The notes under the pieces are model-generated. The model was not told the DNA's origin and made no database searches. It was given only the letters and a program-made list of their open reading frames with translations. From positions 31,310,001 through 31,374,000 of the forward strand of contig NC_045138.2 in assembly GCF_008831285.2 (NCBI RefSeq): DNA of 64,000 nucleotides, read 5' to 3'. The stretch's first letter is position 1. Every line of letters begins with the position of its first letter. Below are positions 1 through 12,700 of the stretch, piece by piece. The translations under genes and the position numbers were made by a program. The DNA comes from Nymphaea colorata. Lineage: Eukaryota.

Positions 1-1925
1 GTATATTAAACAAGTAGTTTTTATATATCTAGTATTATATATTTATAACTGTATGAATATGTAGATCTTATAAGCAGCATATATATATCACAGAACTGAT
101 TAACGAAACTTATGCAATTAATACATATAGGAAAACATGTTCTCATATTAAAAAAACCTATAAACAGCAATAAGCTAATAGCATATATGACCATATGGCA
201 TATGCAATACATAAAGTTACAATGAGCATATAATATCTAGTATTAAACTGCAATGCAGTAAAATACTAAAAACAGTATGACAGATGCAGCAAAACTAAAA
301 AAGCTGAAAAACAGAAGCATCATTTCTTAAAAACAATAAAAAAGGACAAAACTGACACCCGTGCGGTTCATGTCCACAGCACCTGGCACTGTGTCGGAGG
401 TGCACCCGCACTTGCACCTGAGTTGCGTCGAGTCGGGTGCTTTTGCTGTTTTGGTGAGTCCGTGTGACATTGTCAAATGGAAGGCAATGACTCTTCATTT
501 TAGATGTCCTGATCATCGTGTTAATGCATCTCAAGTTTCTGTGAGTATGGGGTGGGAAAAGCAAGATACAAGAAATTGACTAAAATGTAGACTGAGTGTC
601 AAACTTGCAGTCCAATGTTTGTTTACACTATTGTAACATTGGGATGTAAGTGTCCCGATAGTATATTTGGACACTCTGTCAAAGCCAAACAAATTAGAGG
701 GAAGTACATCTCTGAACATTTTTCTTATGTTCCTTTTTTGGAAGCAAAAAGGTGGTTTACAAATCCTTCTTCCAATTCAAACCTGTTTTTAGTTACTAAC
801 AGTTGATACTTTTGTGTGAATTAGATTTTCACAACCACTGGTCTCCTCAGTTTCTCTTTTTTGCTCTTCTGCTTATAGTAGCTCATCCAATAGGTGCTGT
901 TTTAATGTTGTAAAGCATTCCCTATGCAGGAGTTTAAACCAAGAGGGACACTGGCTTCCTACAAAATGGAATAGCGTTAGCATGTGTTTTTAAGTATAAT
1001 ACATTAATAGCTGTTCATTTGAAAAAAAATGTAAATTTTTATTGATAAAGGGGAGACACTCATAATACTCTCTTTTGAGAGAGAGATTTTTTTTCCTATT
1101 TTGGGTTGGTCTTTCTTTTTTTTTTTTTGGGGGGGGGGGGGGGGTCGGGAGGGGAAGAGGCAATGGGTATTGAGCCATTTTTTTTTTTGTTTATGGTTCT
1201 GAATTGAGCCATAAACAAGAAAGAAAAGGGGATACTCCTCTGTGTGTGTGTGAGAGAGAGAGAGAATCCACCATGGTACTTTTTTAAAATCAAAAGGGGC
1301 TTAAGGAAGCTCCCAAAAAAGAAAAAATAAATGAACATTTTTGCCTTATAAGAAAAGAAGGTAAATCAATGGTTGTGCCTAATTAGGGTGGTTACTGTCC
1401 ATCCTGACCTCATTAAAATATTTTGGTTGGGAGCACTAATGTGGCTCCAGCATTAGGTATCTCCAAGGAGATATCTCATCCCTTTTTTAAAGATGTGCTG
1501 GTGATTAGCTGCCTACTTTTATTCTCATCCAACATGCTTAACTAATGTAACACAGGCATAATGTGGTGAACTTGTAAGCTTTATAGCAATCCCTAAACTT
1601 TTCTTTTTTGTGGAAAAGTAGGAAGATAATGATTGAGAAATTCAAGGAGTTACATATCTTCTAACATGAAAAAACTTGATGAAAAAATTAATGAGCCTAC
1701 CCTGACACCTTTGGAAATGAATGAATCATGGATGAGTAACAATTTCCTTTCGGGCATTGAAGAGCAAAGCAATTTCAATTCCTTACTTTTCTCTCACTTT
1801 ATTTTCATGCATTTAGCCTCAATATTTCCTTCCATGTGCATTTCCTTAGACAAGGGGCTTTATATTTCGTGTACTCCATGGTTCTTCTTCAAGTACTTAC
1901 AGTGAATCTCATGATGCATTGACAG

Positions 1926-3462
1926 AATCGGTGTTCTAGTAGACCACTTTAAAATGGCACTTGATTGCTTTTTTGCTGTTTGGTTTGTTGTTGGCAATGT
2001 CTGGATCTTTGGTGGGCATTCCTCTTCTTCCGAAGCCCCAAACTTGTACAGGTACTCATGCAGTTTCTCTCTCTGTCTTACCAACTGGTTTGTAGCATAG
2101 CTGTTAGGACCTGTGGCATGTGGACACTGCAGCTTAGGTTCAATTCCCATGCGTATTAGCCTCTGATCGGCATTGAGAGTATGAGGGCTGGGGGTGTAGT
2201 CCTGCGGCCTTTCTGGAAGGCTGGGGTTGTAGTTGTGCCCCTCCCCCGACCCTCTCTCTCTCTCTCTCTCTCTCTCTCACTTATCGTGTTGTGTCATCCT
2301 CCAGGTTATGTATAGTATTTCTGACCTTCAGTTGCATTGGGTATGCTATGCCATTTATTCTCTGTGCAACAATCTGTTGCTGCTTGCCTTGCATCATCTC
2401 TATTCTTGGTTTCCGGGAGGATCAATCTTACAACAGAGGAGCTACAGAAGAAGCTATTAATGCTCTTCCAAGTTACAAATTCAAGGCAAAAGGTGGACAA
2501 CGAAGAACCGAGGATGAGAATGAAATTGATTCTGATGGTCTAGGCGATGGTGGTACTATAGCAGTTGGTACAGAAAGGGAGAGATTGGTTTCAGCAGAGG
2601 ATGCGGTAAGCATCACTGGTTTATAACTGACTTTAGCCAACTTGCTTGACCTCACCTTACAAATTTTTAGTCAAACGAGAATCCTTATAGTTGTCACCCT
2701 GGCTGTAGCAGAAAAGCCAAAAGCTTGTGTCATGGTTCTTCTTAGTGAATTTTGGATATCTAGGGGTGTGAGCTTGTTATGGTTCTCCATCGTGTCACCA
2801 AGTTCATAAATGATTTCTGACAGAGAAGTCATTTACTTTGTTAGTGAGGACTTGGGACCAGACCCATAGTGTCTTTATAGCACAGGCGAACCTACTCCCT
2901 AGCTTTTCAATAAAAGAGTAAACTCATGAACTCAAGTTGGCTAGACGAGTTGGTAAAAATTGAATTTTAGTGAGTGATTTCACTATCTTTCATTGCATGA
3001 ATGAGAGAGCTTATAGTAAATGGAGAACTAATGTTTCCACACTATATTTTTCTTATTCTTCACGCCATATCCATCTGTATATCAGGTGTAGCAGTCCTCT
3101 AGAATAAAATTCCATATTTAGCTAACCATGGTCTTTGTTTGTTTCACACAAGTTCCATCACCTAAATATAAAGCAGAGGTTCTGTGGATTGTTCAAGCTT
3201 GACCTGAAGAGTGTGTCCTGTGCAGGTCTGCTGTATTTGCTTGGCAAAGTACGTCAACAACGATGAATTGCGAGAGCTACCATGTGCACATTTTTTCCAT
3301 GTGGAATGTGTTGACAAGTGGCTGAAGATCAATGCACTATGTCCACTCTGTAAGCATGAGGTTGGTATCAGCACTAGCTCTACAGATGATCTAAACTTTG
3401 ATGCGAACCATGGGGAGCAGAGAGTAGGAACTGTGATCACTGGTGCTTATGCAATGGTCTAG
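1926..3462 (+). CDS. Transmembrane RING-H2 E3 ubiquitin ligase (At4g32600/At1g80400/At1g63170-like), 3' partial; exons 1926-2051, 2305-2605, 3226-3462; upstream exons not found in the window
   Basis: GT-AG joined exons translate as ...IGVLVDHFKMALDCFFAVWFVVGNVWIFGGHSSSSEAPNLYR/LCIVFLTFSCIGYAMPFILCATICCCLPCIISILG...SAEDA/VCCICLAKYVNNDELRELPCAHFFHVECVDKWLKINALCPLC. This has the C3H2C3 RING-H2 signature and the family's TM segments, and splice phases are consistent. Confidence 0.93.
2083..2278 (+). mobile_element. tRNA-derived SINE-like element in a RING-gene intron
   Basis: Pol III A-box-like TAGCATAGCTGT (2093-2104) and B-box GGTTCAATTCC (2137-2147), then a non-tRNA GC-rich body and a (CT)n tail. 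Flanks TCTCTCTGTCTTA / TCTCTCTCACTTA resemble a decayed TSD. Confidence 0.6.
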
Positions 3463-4110
3463 GACGCCTTGTCTCTGTCTCATCAAACCCCAGAAACCCA
3501 CATTATCGTGGGCCATATCAGTAGCAAGATGGATCATCTGAACTTTTGCGGAGAAACTTGCATTAGATACCCACATTCCAGAGGTTGTCCATTAATCAGC
3601 TTCAGCTGTTGGAGTGTCGTCATCAGAGTTGATCTGTTGGGCATGTGGATGGGGTAGATTCTGTACTATTGGATCCAACCTTGGGCAGCAGACAGTGGCG
3701 GAGGGTGGGGTATGTTTTGTGTGTGCCTGGTGGCCCCTGACCTTCTTCCCATTGTCCTGCTGCTTGTTGCGTACCTCATAGCTTGCCATCGAAGTGTGGG
3801 TGAAGAAATCTGTGAGTACGTCTCCAACATTTTGTATGTCCCAAGTCATAAAGCTACAAACGGAAGATGGGTTGCCTGCCTTCTATCCTTTTGTATATTA
3901 TATGATATATCTTGATTATCAAGTTTTTACCCTCTCTTTCTCTCCAATTTCCATCTGCTGTCTCTTCGAGAATTACGAAACAACATTATCGTAAATCTAG
4001 TACGAAACGTATGTAGCAGGTTTTGTTAGAATATCATGTTTTTATCATGACCAAGTTGTCGTTTACTTTGAAAATCATAAAATTTCTTGACCAAGTTGTC
4101 TTCTTAAAAG

Positions 4111-4432
4111 TAGGGCTGCACAAGAGTTTAGCCAACTCGGGCTTGAAAAAACTTTTGACTCGTTTATAAACGAGCCGAGCTTACAAAGGTATTTGAAACG
4201 ATAAACAAGTCAAGTTCAAGTTTTAGGAATTCAACTTGTTTATGCTTGACTCGCAAACTGATATTATATATAATATTATTAAAATTGGTTTTACAAGTTA
4301 CACGAGTTAAATGAGTTAAACGAGTCGAGTTTGGGTTCGATTTTGTGTAGTTGAGTTGAGCTCGAACTTGTTATAAGGAAGGAGCTCGGCTTGAGTTCGA
4401 GCCGAACTCGAGTCGGCTCGTGTGCAACCCTA
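4111..4432. mobile_element. hAT-type MITE
   Basis: Termini TAGGGCTGCACA...TGTGCAACCCTA, 8-bp TSD CTTAAAAG / CTTAAGAG (1 mismatch), and GAGCTCG/CTCGAG-rich subterminal repeats. Confidence 0.8.
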
Positions 4433-4573
4433 CTTAAGAGAGAAAGACACTTCGTTAATATGAGGAAACAATTCAGTTTGCTTGATTTTGAGAGTATTTC
4501 CGTCTCTTCAAATATAATTTTTTTTTTCAATTTAATTTTATCTCTTTAAAAAAATCCACAATTCATTTAATTT

Positions 4574-4575
<2 letters not shown>

Positions 4576-4623
<48 letters not shown>

Positions 4624-4641
4624 AGAGAAAGAGAGAGAGAG
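4576..4641. repeat. (TA)n followed by (GA)n compound microsatellite
   Basis: Direct reading of the sequence. Confidence 0.95.
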
Positions 4642-5187
4642 TAATTGTTGAATACTAGACCGGTAGACCGGACCACTTGGGTAAAGGTTAAAAACTAGGC
4701 CGTTTAAATTTTCATTAAAAAATATTTTAAATAAAAACTGAAGATCACAATGTGCTTATAAACACCAATTCAATATGAATCATTCTTTATCTAAGTCATT
4801 TTTGTAAAGAATGTGTTTTTTTTTCCTACCATCAAAATATTGACGTCATAAGAGACCGTTCATTTTTAAATTATTAGAAAAGCATTACTAAAGTAAAAAA
4901 AGTGACTTAATATATGTGTTTCATCAAATCACTCTTAAGATGATATCTGTGAGGTCAGATTATATAAAAAAAAACTTTGATAATTAATATTAATATGTCT
5001 GGTTTTGGACGGAGAAGTCCTGCTTTTTACAACACAAGGCCTGATTCATTGCATTGGGCAGATTTAATCACATCTGCCTAATCCATTACATCAAAATGGT
5101 TGTAATTGGATGAAGCTCAAGATAGCTATACTCGGTTGGAGAGCAGTTTGTAGTGGAGCAACACTCGGTTGGAGAGCCTGCATGAGC

Positions 5188-5251
<64 letters not shown>

Positions 5252-6879
5252 GTTGGGAATATAATGGTATTTTTACCAGTTGATTTTCAGCAATTAGTCC
5301 TACTTGGGTGGTTCGTTCACGGATTTTGAAGCATTTCACGTATGCGGTTTGATTTCTTGACTGTGAATTGGGTTTGCCCCCTTGAATTGATGGCCCTTTT
5401 CTAGTCAAATTAACTTGCATTCAGATGTTCAAAATTACAGAGTCTACAAGAAAATTTAATACAAAGTTGGATGACTGCTGGATTCTACAAGAAAATCTAA
5501 TACAAAGTCGATTACTAAACGCGACGTTTTAATTGCTGCCCACCAATCGAATTTTTGTATTTTGCCTTTCTCAAAACTGAATTTGTAAATTGAGCATCCA
5601 ATGTCATTAAAATCCATAGATCTCGTTTAAACAGCGATGATCTAATTACAGCACCAGTTTACGTTCATTTTTGCTGCATTACATATCTAAAATGAAGAAC
5701 GCTACCTCTCATTTGGCTGTCACTGTTTAAGAAATTTCATAATATATGCTTCTCCTGAATATCCAACAAAGATAAAGAAAGCATGCAGAAGCTTCAACAT
5801 GACAAGATTCAAGGCGATACACTTTACCAGATAAACACATCGTCTCGATAGTCCACAACACGAAAAAAGTTTATGTACAAGAAGAGCACATAATATTTGA
5901 CAGTATCTAATGGATCTTCAGAAGCTTAAACTCGCTTCAGAACTAATTTAACAAATTGGAACTTGCAATTTACTCAACTTTTTTTTTTCTCCATGTCTAA
6001 AATTTTCCCAAACCACATTCATTCACCTGAACGTGTTCGGACTACCACCCTTTGGTCCATCTCACATTAGATGCATGAAATAATTGGCTTGGATTGCTTG
6101 AGGAGGACTGGAAAAGTAGACACGAGGACAAACTTGAGGATGAGCTAATCTCCAAACCGGGAAGAATGGCACGAAGCCTGAATGAGTGCAAATATTTCTC
6201 TTTAAGATTTCTATATTCTATACTTGAATATATTAAGTTAGTTTATAGGATCATATTCGTTTGGGAACCTTTGTAATTTTTTGGTGGTTAACTAGATTAA
6301 GTAATGACATGCCCAGCCTGCCCAGCCATTAATCTTTCATGCAATTATCATCATTTTCTCCTTTTATCAGTTTTCTTAATGTTCTCTGCTGAGAAATCTC
6401 ATATGAAAAAGGATGAGACATAAGAAACGAAGGTGGGCATAGTGGGAAGGGCCTCAGGCATGAAGGGCAAGGTCCTCTCAGACTCTTGAGATCAAGAAGA
6501 AGAAAAGGCAGACGAACAAATATCAGAGCCTGGAGGGAGGGGATAGAATACTACCTAATGGCTTTTTTTGGCATGGATGACTGTTGAATGAGATTGACAT
6601 CAGCCTGTATCCCTCCATTCACCTGAATTGAGATTGTCTTTAACAGATTTCTCTTCATCCAGTTATCTGGATAATTTCAGATATTGGTAAGTAATGGTCA
6701 TAGCTATCTTATTTGCGCAGTGATTGGATTTCCTCGTGAATCCATCGTCGAATTTGAATCAAGAAACGGTACTGGTGCTTATAAAATGAAGAAAGAAAAT
6801 TTCCATTGTTATTATTGGATCCCCATTATGTTTAGATCATACAGTTATTCGGTAAACCGATACAGGATGTTTAATTTGT

Positions 6880-8002
6880 TCATGCAAGGATCCATGCTGC
6901 AACGGCCATCGAGCTCAACACAGTTCCGAGACTGAAGATGTGCGCAACGACTCCTCCGCTCATGGAAAATGCAGCTTCTGGAGGTAGGGCAAATGGAAAT
7001 GAGGAGGAGGAGAAGGTTGGTTTTGTGTCCAGCGAAGGCGAAGAAGCTGGAGAAGCTGATTTAATGAAAGCTGCCGGCTTTTGCGTCTTGAATACAAGGG
7101 CGTCGGGAGAATCCGCCGGCAGACCCAAAATGGCTGCAAATTAACCAAAAGCAGGGACCCTTTAATGTTAGCATTCTTGATCAACACAAGGATGACATGA
7201 ATTAGATTTTACCATTCCAATATTGATTTAAATTTGAAGGCATGTTTGGATGACATGCATAAATGTTGTTTCAGATGCAAAACGTCGTCCTCGTTCTTGT
7301 CTCGATTGGTTTGCGAAAAACCCAGTTTTGATAAAACGCTGCTTCAAACACATAAACCAAGTTTCAAACTAAAACTATATAAAAAAAACTAGTTTTCTCA
7401 CCCAACATCATTTTCAATAGGTATCATCCAAATGGAATATGAATTAATAACACAAGGATTTTAACTCAAACGTTATAAAAATTGGTTTCTGAACCAAATC
7501 AGCATTTAGGATAGAAATATTGACATAATTACTTTTGAAATATGAATGATGAAATATATAAAAATCAGTAAAAGTATGAAAACATTCAAAAATTAGTTAA
7601 AATTTAACACATGAAACCAATTATAAATCGGCCAACTCGGACCGATCTTGAGAGAGAGGAACGATTACCTGGGCAGTCTGAGATACCATTGGGGACGCCA
7701 CAAACCTCCGGTGCCTGCAGCATGTTGGCGTAGTTTGGGGTGTACCAGCCATTGGTAGTGTTGGCGGAGTCTCGGAGGAACCTGCAGAAGCAGAAATCAA
7801 ACTTGTCCTTCATCTCCTTGAGACCTTCACAGCAGGTGGCGTCCGGGGCGGCGCCTTCCGTGTTGACATACTGGCAGGCCACGGCGGAGGTGAACGTAAT
7901 GGTTATGCAATCGTCCAAGTTCTGCTCCTCTGCTGATGAGACCACCAAGCCGGCGGCCACAACTAGCAGCACCATCCCGCTCACCATCCAGGAAGAAGCC
8001 AT
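6880..8002 (-). CDS. GPI-anchored non-specific lipid transfer protein (type G nsLTP), paralog A; exons 8002-7669 and 7133-6880
   Basis: Signal peptide, 8-Cys motif C-x10-C-x13-CC-x12-CxC-x27-C-x8-C, and an intron 4 nt after the 8th Cys codon (CCC AG|GTAAT...TTTGCAG). Exon 2 encodes AILGLPADSPDALVF, a Ser/Pro linker and the hydrophobic tail SLGTVLSSMAVAAWILA*. Confidence 0.9.
7239..7433. mobile_element. Degenerate Tourist/PIF-like MITE in the LTPG-A intron
   Basis: GGCATGTTTGGATGAC...TCATCCAAA ends and internal AAAACC(C)AGTTT motifs shared with the copies at 8902-9194 and 39732-40001. Confidence 0.55.
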
Positions 8003-8160
8003 GATTCAAGCCTGCAGCTTTTTCTGATCTTCTCCTTCCTTCCTTCGCTGCAAGAAACTGCAGGCCGGGGTTGGAGACTGTCCTCCTTCTTCCCCGGTCG
8101 CAAGCTTCTTTAGCAGGTGCCTTTCTCCTTCGCCCTGAGGAATGGGGAGGAGGGGATGCA

Positions 8161-8168
8161 TTTTTATA
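8161..8168 (-). promoter_or_regulatory. TATA box of LTPG-A
   Basis: Minus-strand GCTATAAAAATGCAT about 160 nt upstream of the ATG; same context as the paralog promoters. Confidence 0.65.
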
Positions 8169-8466
8169 GCAGGAGCTGGCGCCGGTCTCGCGAGCCTGCA
8201 GTTCATAACAGCCAGTTGTTTTGCCAACTTGTTGTTCCTTTCTTTAGCAGAGGAACGCCCTGTTCTTTTGGATGTCACCGATGACCAAGGAAACAGAATT
8301 AGTTTGAGGAGGAGAACTCGCTTATAGGAGCTGTGGTTTGTTAACCTGATCAATTCTGATTGAAAACTGATCCAAAACTGCTTAATTATTGATTTAATTT
8401 TTTCAACTCAATTTTCATTCTGTTTTTAGAGTTGTCGTAATGTTTGTTTTTTTATTCATTTAAATG

Positions 8467-8468
<2 letters not shown>

Positions 8469-8536
<68 letters not shown>
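8469..8536. repeat. Long (TA)n microsatellite
   Basis: Direct reading of the sequence. Confidence 0.95.
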
Positions 8537-8543
<7 letters not shown>

Positions 8544-8901
8544 CTACATTTTCTAAAGTTATGGTATTCATACCCATATACCTATGCTTATACCTGAATC
8601 ATACTAAATTTTCTAAAGTTATATCGGAATCATATTACATTTTTAAAAGTTATATCACATCCATACGCTTATATGGATATACCTATACCCCAACCGTACC
8701 CATACCCGTGCGAGCTGGGAGCCGATATTGGCCGTTTGTTCAGGTCCAGTGTGTACAGAGGAAAACTGAGTGAATGTCCTCTTTTAGGCAATGTTGTTAA
8801 AATTGGTTTATAATTGAGTTATTGAGCAAAAGGATTCACACAGCCAGCTGAATCAAATTAAAACTGAAACGGTCTGCAAACCTGATCATGTTAAAACTTT
8901 A

Positions 8902-9194
8902 GGGGGGTGTTTGGATGACACACTCAAAAAACTTAGTTTTGTGAAAACCTACTTAAAAGCTCAGTTTTGTGAACTTGATTTGGATGTTTGGATGACAGGT
9001 AAAAAACTTGGTCCATAAACAAAAATTAAGTCTTACCTGAAAAACCTGGGGGGGAAACAAGTTTTTTTCAGGCCCTTCATGAAAACCAGGTTCTGGCAAA
9101 AACCAATTTTAATGTCATCCAAGAATGGTGTTTTGTGACAAAACCAAGTTTTGTCTCTCAAAGCCTGGTTTTAAGTTGTCATCCAAACACCCCC
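8902..9194. mobile_element. Tourist/PIF-Harbinger-type MITE
   Basis: TIR GGGGGTGTTTGGATGAC / GTCATCCAAACACCCCC with TTA target duplication (8899-8901 and 9195-9197). Confidence 0.85.
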
Positions 9195-9751
9195 TTATAA
9201 TTTTAAGTAATCAAAGTAAGAAACTAAAATGTGTAAAAGAACCAACAAGGAATCTGCAAATGCGTCCCCATTGAATCGGACCATGCATTGAATCGAATAG
9301 GTTTGCATTTGATTGGAATTAGCCGTTTGAGGCCAACCGATTTTGACAACAGTACTGCTTTCAGCAGCTTCAGATGCAAGCACGTAAGACACCAGAATAC
9401 ACAAACAATTTCAATCTTATGATCATTCTTCTGTCTCCATCGACTGATGATCACAAGCAAGTACAAGTTTTAAATGAAGCTTCTCAACGCAATAATGGCA
9501 CAGGCTAAAAACTTTCAGATCCATTTTACACGCCCTTAACTCTGTCCAATGGAGACCAAATTCCTACGTAACATTTACAAACATCTACAGTCCTCCCGCC
9601 AATTTGCTAAATAAAATGCAGTTTCGGGAACCATGGTAGTCAAAATTTGTACTCAAAACATCCGCACACACTGCTCCCAATCCGGCAAAACGAGAAATGA
9701 AGACAAGTAGAAGAAGGATACAACAAGACAGTTCTACTGCTTATAGGAGTC

Positions 9752-12700
9752 TCAACCATGGATATGCTTCCACTGTTTGAGTAGCCAATTCTTGTGCTTT
9801 CCTTTGCCCTTTTTTGTTGCTGATGATGATGGTTCTTCAATACCCGAGTCTTCAGAAATTTGCTCTGTTCCTCCAGTCACCTGTAAATCATGATGACAGT
9901 GTCGAACATCAATGGATGCTAAGGGTTGTTGGTCGAGGTCAAATGTTACTGTTACTTTTTTCTTATATGTATTTAGATGTTTCTGTAATTAATTAGTTGC
10001 AGACATTTTAAGAATGGTCTTGATTCCATGACTGGTGAGAAAACAGAATGCGATTAAAGAGACTATATTAGATCAGGTGGCTGGCATAAGTTTTTTATGT
10101 GTGAAGTTGGCACTCTGTAGGTTTATGAATATGAAGGTATGGAGTTGGCTATAATAATTAATTGTCTGAGAAAATTTTGGAGTCATGAATGTCACTTCCC
10201 GTGCTATCAAAATTCCATAATTAACATGAAAGCGTTTAAGAAGGAGATCAAACGCCATGATACTGAAGTTGGAACCATGCAGAAAGCGCCCCGTACAGTT
10301 TTATGGTTACAGCGTTTTATGCTTTCTACACCAACAAGTTTATTTAAGAAATGTTTTTTCTCTCTGGTTTTCTCTCTTGATTAAGGCATTGTCTTTCTTG
10401 ATTAAGGGTTAGGATTTTCTCCTGACACACACACGCACGCAAAAACACGTACACATGGGTGCATGCAGCTAGATCCCAATATAATGCCTAAAACTATTTT
10501 ACTACAAAGGAACTAAATTTCATCTGGATTTTTCACAGAGATGTGTGTGAAGCAGAAGCTCATGATGTAAGAAACTAATGGCTAAATATGAGCAAATTGT
10601 TTCCGAAGCACACACTTTCGTTGACATAAAAATTATTCAAGCCAAAAGCTTAAAACTACTCTTTAAGACAGATTTAAGAATTGGCGCTTACATGTTGCAG
10701 CTCACTGTCGATGCCCCTTATCTGTTCTTCAGACTCGGAAGTTTGACCTGGTGTGAGTTTTTCTTCTTCCAACTCCTTGTGCACCAGAACAATGTGTTCT
10801 TCCTGTAGAGAAATGAAATTGCTGGTGTTTGTAAGTTGTGAGAACATGCAAAGTATGACGGTGGAAAAGGTAGATAGAAGAATTGCCATCAATTATAGCA
10901 TTAAAGTAGGTGAGATAGAACACGTTTTCCTACTTATCTAAAGAGAGACCAAGAACCATGGCGAAGGGCAACAACCTACTTGCTGATTTCTAAGGAACAC
11001 CCAGTTTGTCGCTTCATAAAAAGAACAAAACATTTAGAGAGATGGTCGCCTTGATAATTAAGGAAATCGCCTGTACAGAGTGGCTGGGTTGGGGATGAAT
11101 TTATGGCATCAATCAGCCTTTGCTAGACAAGCTGCATCAAGTAAAACCTTCAGGTACTCGTCCCACCACCAAAAAGTGTGTTATAAGGTTCATCCTCGTA
11201 GAAGAAAAACAAACCACAACTATCAAATCGTTCACCAACATCCTTAAGCTTGAACGTCATTAATTTTGTCCCTCTAGCCAGTACTATAATCATTGACAGG
11301 CTTTGCATTTAGATGCCTTGATATGTTCTGGTAACAAAGATCACTAGGAATTTTCTGATAATCAACACGACACTCATATTGGTCTCAGAAATGCCACCCT
11401 ATATCTTCTTTTATTTATCACCACTATTTAAGTGACTCCTGCTTCATTCATTGGATGATCATGTATTTTCTAACAGCAGAACTTATTATCAGATAAGGTC
11501 TCATAACCATTTATTAGGGGTGCCATATGAGAAGTTGACAAAGCAAAAGAAAAGTACCCGTTCCTTGGTCTGATCTTCTGGTGGTTCCAACTCTAGCTGT
11601 AGACTGTGTGAAGATATCTGCAACATAAGCCACTGAATTTCAGATTTGAGCAACAGGAAAGTGCAAGTATTCAGGCTACTACCTTAGCGAATAGTACACG
11701 CATGCACCATCCCTCCATAACACACAGGGATATCTATCTAAATAATAAAAGGATGCATAAATTTTTTATTTAGGAAGATCTGACTAGCAAATAATGTGAA
11801 CAGTACCATGCATTCCTTGGGAGCAGTAACGTAGAAATGACTGTGAAACTGTTCAATGACCTATACAAGTCTGAAAGGATAATTTGTTCGTTGAGTGAGC
11901 TGATATATATGTCTCCTACGACGGAGAAGCAATTTTGACATAATCTGCATTTGTAGCGCAGAGCGGATATAAAGCATGGACCGAAAGCATAATACAAACC
12001 TGAGATTCGTGCTGCCGTCTGTCAACTTCATGTCCTTCTGAGGAATCATCGGTATTCTTGAAAGCATGAATACGGTGAACCGTTTTGTTGGTTACTGTTT
12101 CAGGTGAGCTCTGTATCTGTAACTCGGACACTTGGGTTTGACCTGAAGTTATCTCAGTAGTGAGTTTCAGGTCTGTTTCAGCTAGATCTTCATTCTTTGT
12201 TTTAGTTTTGCTACAGATGCTTTGGTTCAAGTCAGTAAGAACCTCATGCTCTATGCATGTCTCTGTGACAACCTTGAGTTCCTGTTCTATCTCCAGTTTC
12301 AAAGAGGATTTGTCTAGATTAGCTTTCAATAACTCATCTTCACTTTTTCCCTGTGCTGCTGTAACCAGATCATATTTCAATTGCATGACTTTCTTTTTGA
12401 AATTTTCTTGCTCTGTCATAATGAAGGCCAGATGTTCCTTCAAATCGGCCTCCTTTGTGTCTGCATCAAACTGTGAAAGCTCCAATCTCGGAACTTTTAC
12501 CAGAGAAGCTTCAAGGTCTTGTGAAAGTTCGGAAACTTTAAAAGCATATTCATCATGTTCTCTTTTGGCATTCATAAACTTTCTCTCTATTAATGTTATA
12601 TGCTCTTCAACCTCGTGGTTCCTATCTCTTGAATTTCTCAGCAATATTTCTAATTCAGCCACCTTTTTCTCTGCACTTTCTGCTTTGGAGCGTGCTATAT

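Noticed and set aside
2087..2155. Possible tRNA gene
   Set aside because: I could not fold a convincing acceptor or anticodon stem, and the sequence continues into a non-tRNA body and (CT)n tail, so SINE fits better.
6094..6720. Exon-like segments downstream of LTPG-A
   Set aside because: Splice-like sites exist, but no coherent or recognisable protein could be assembled; possibly 3' UTR exons.
8444..8773. 109-aa ORF with a YIYIYI run
   Set aside because: Produced by a (TA)n microsatellite plus repeat-derived sequence.
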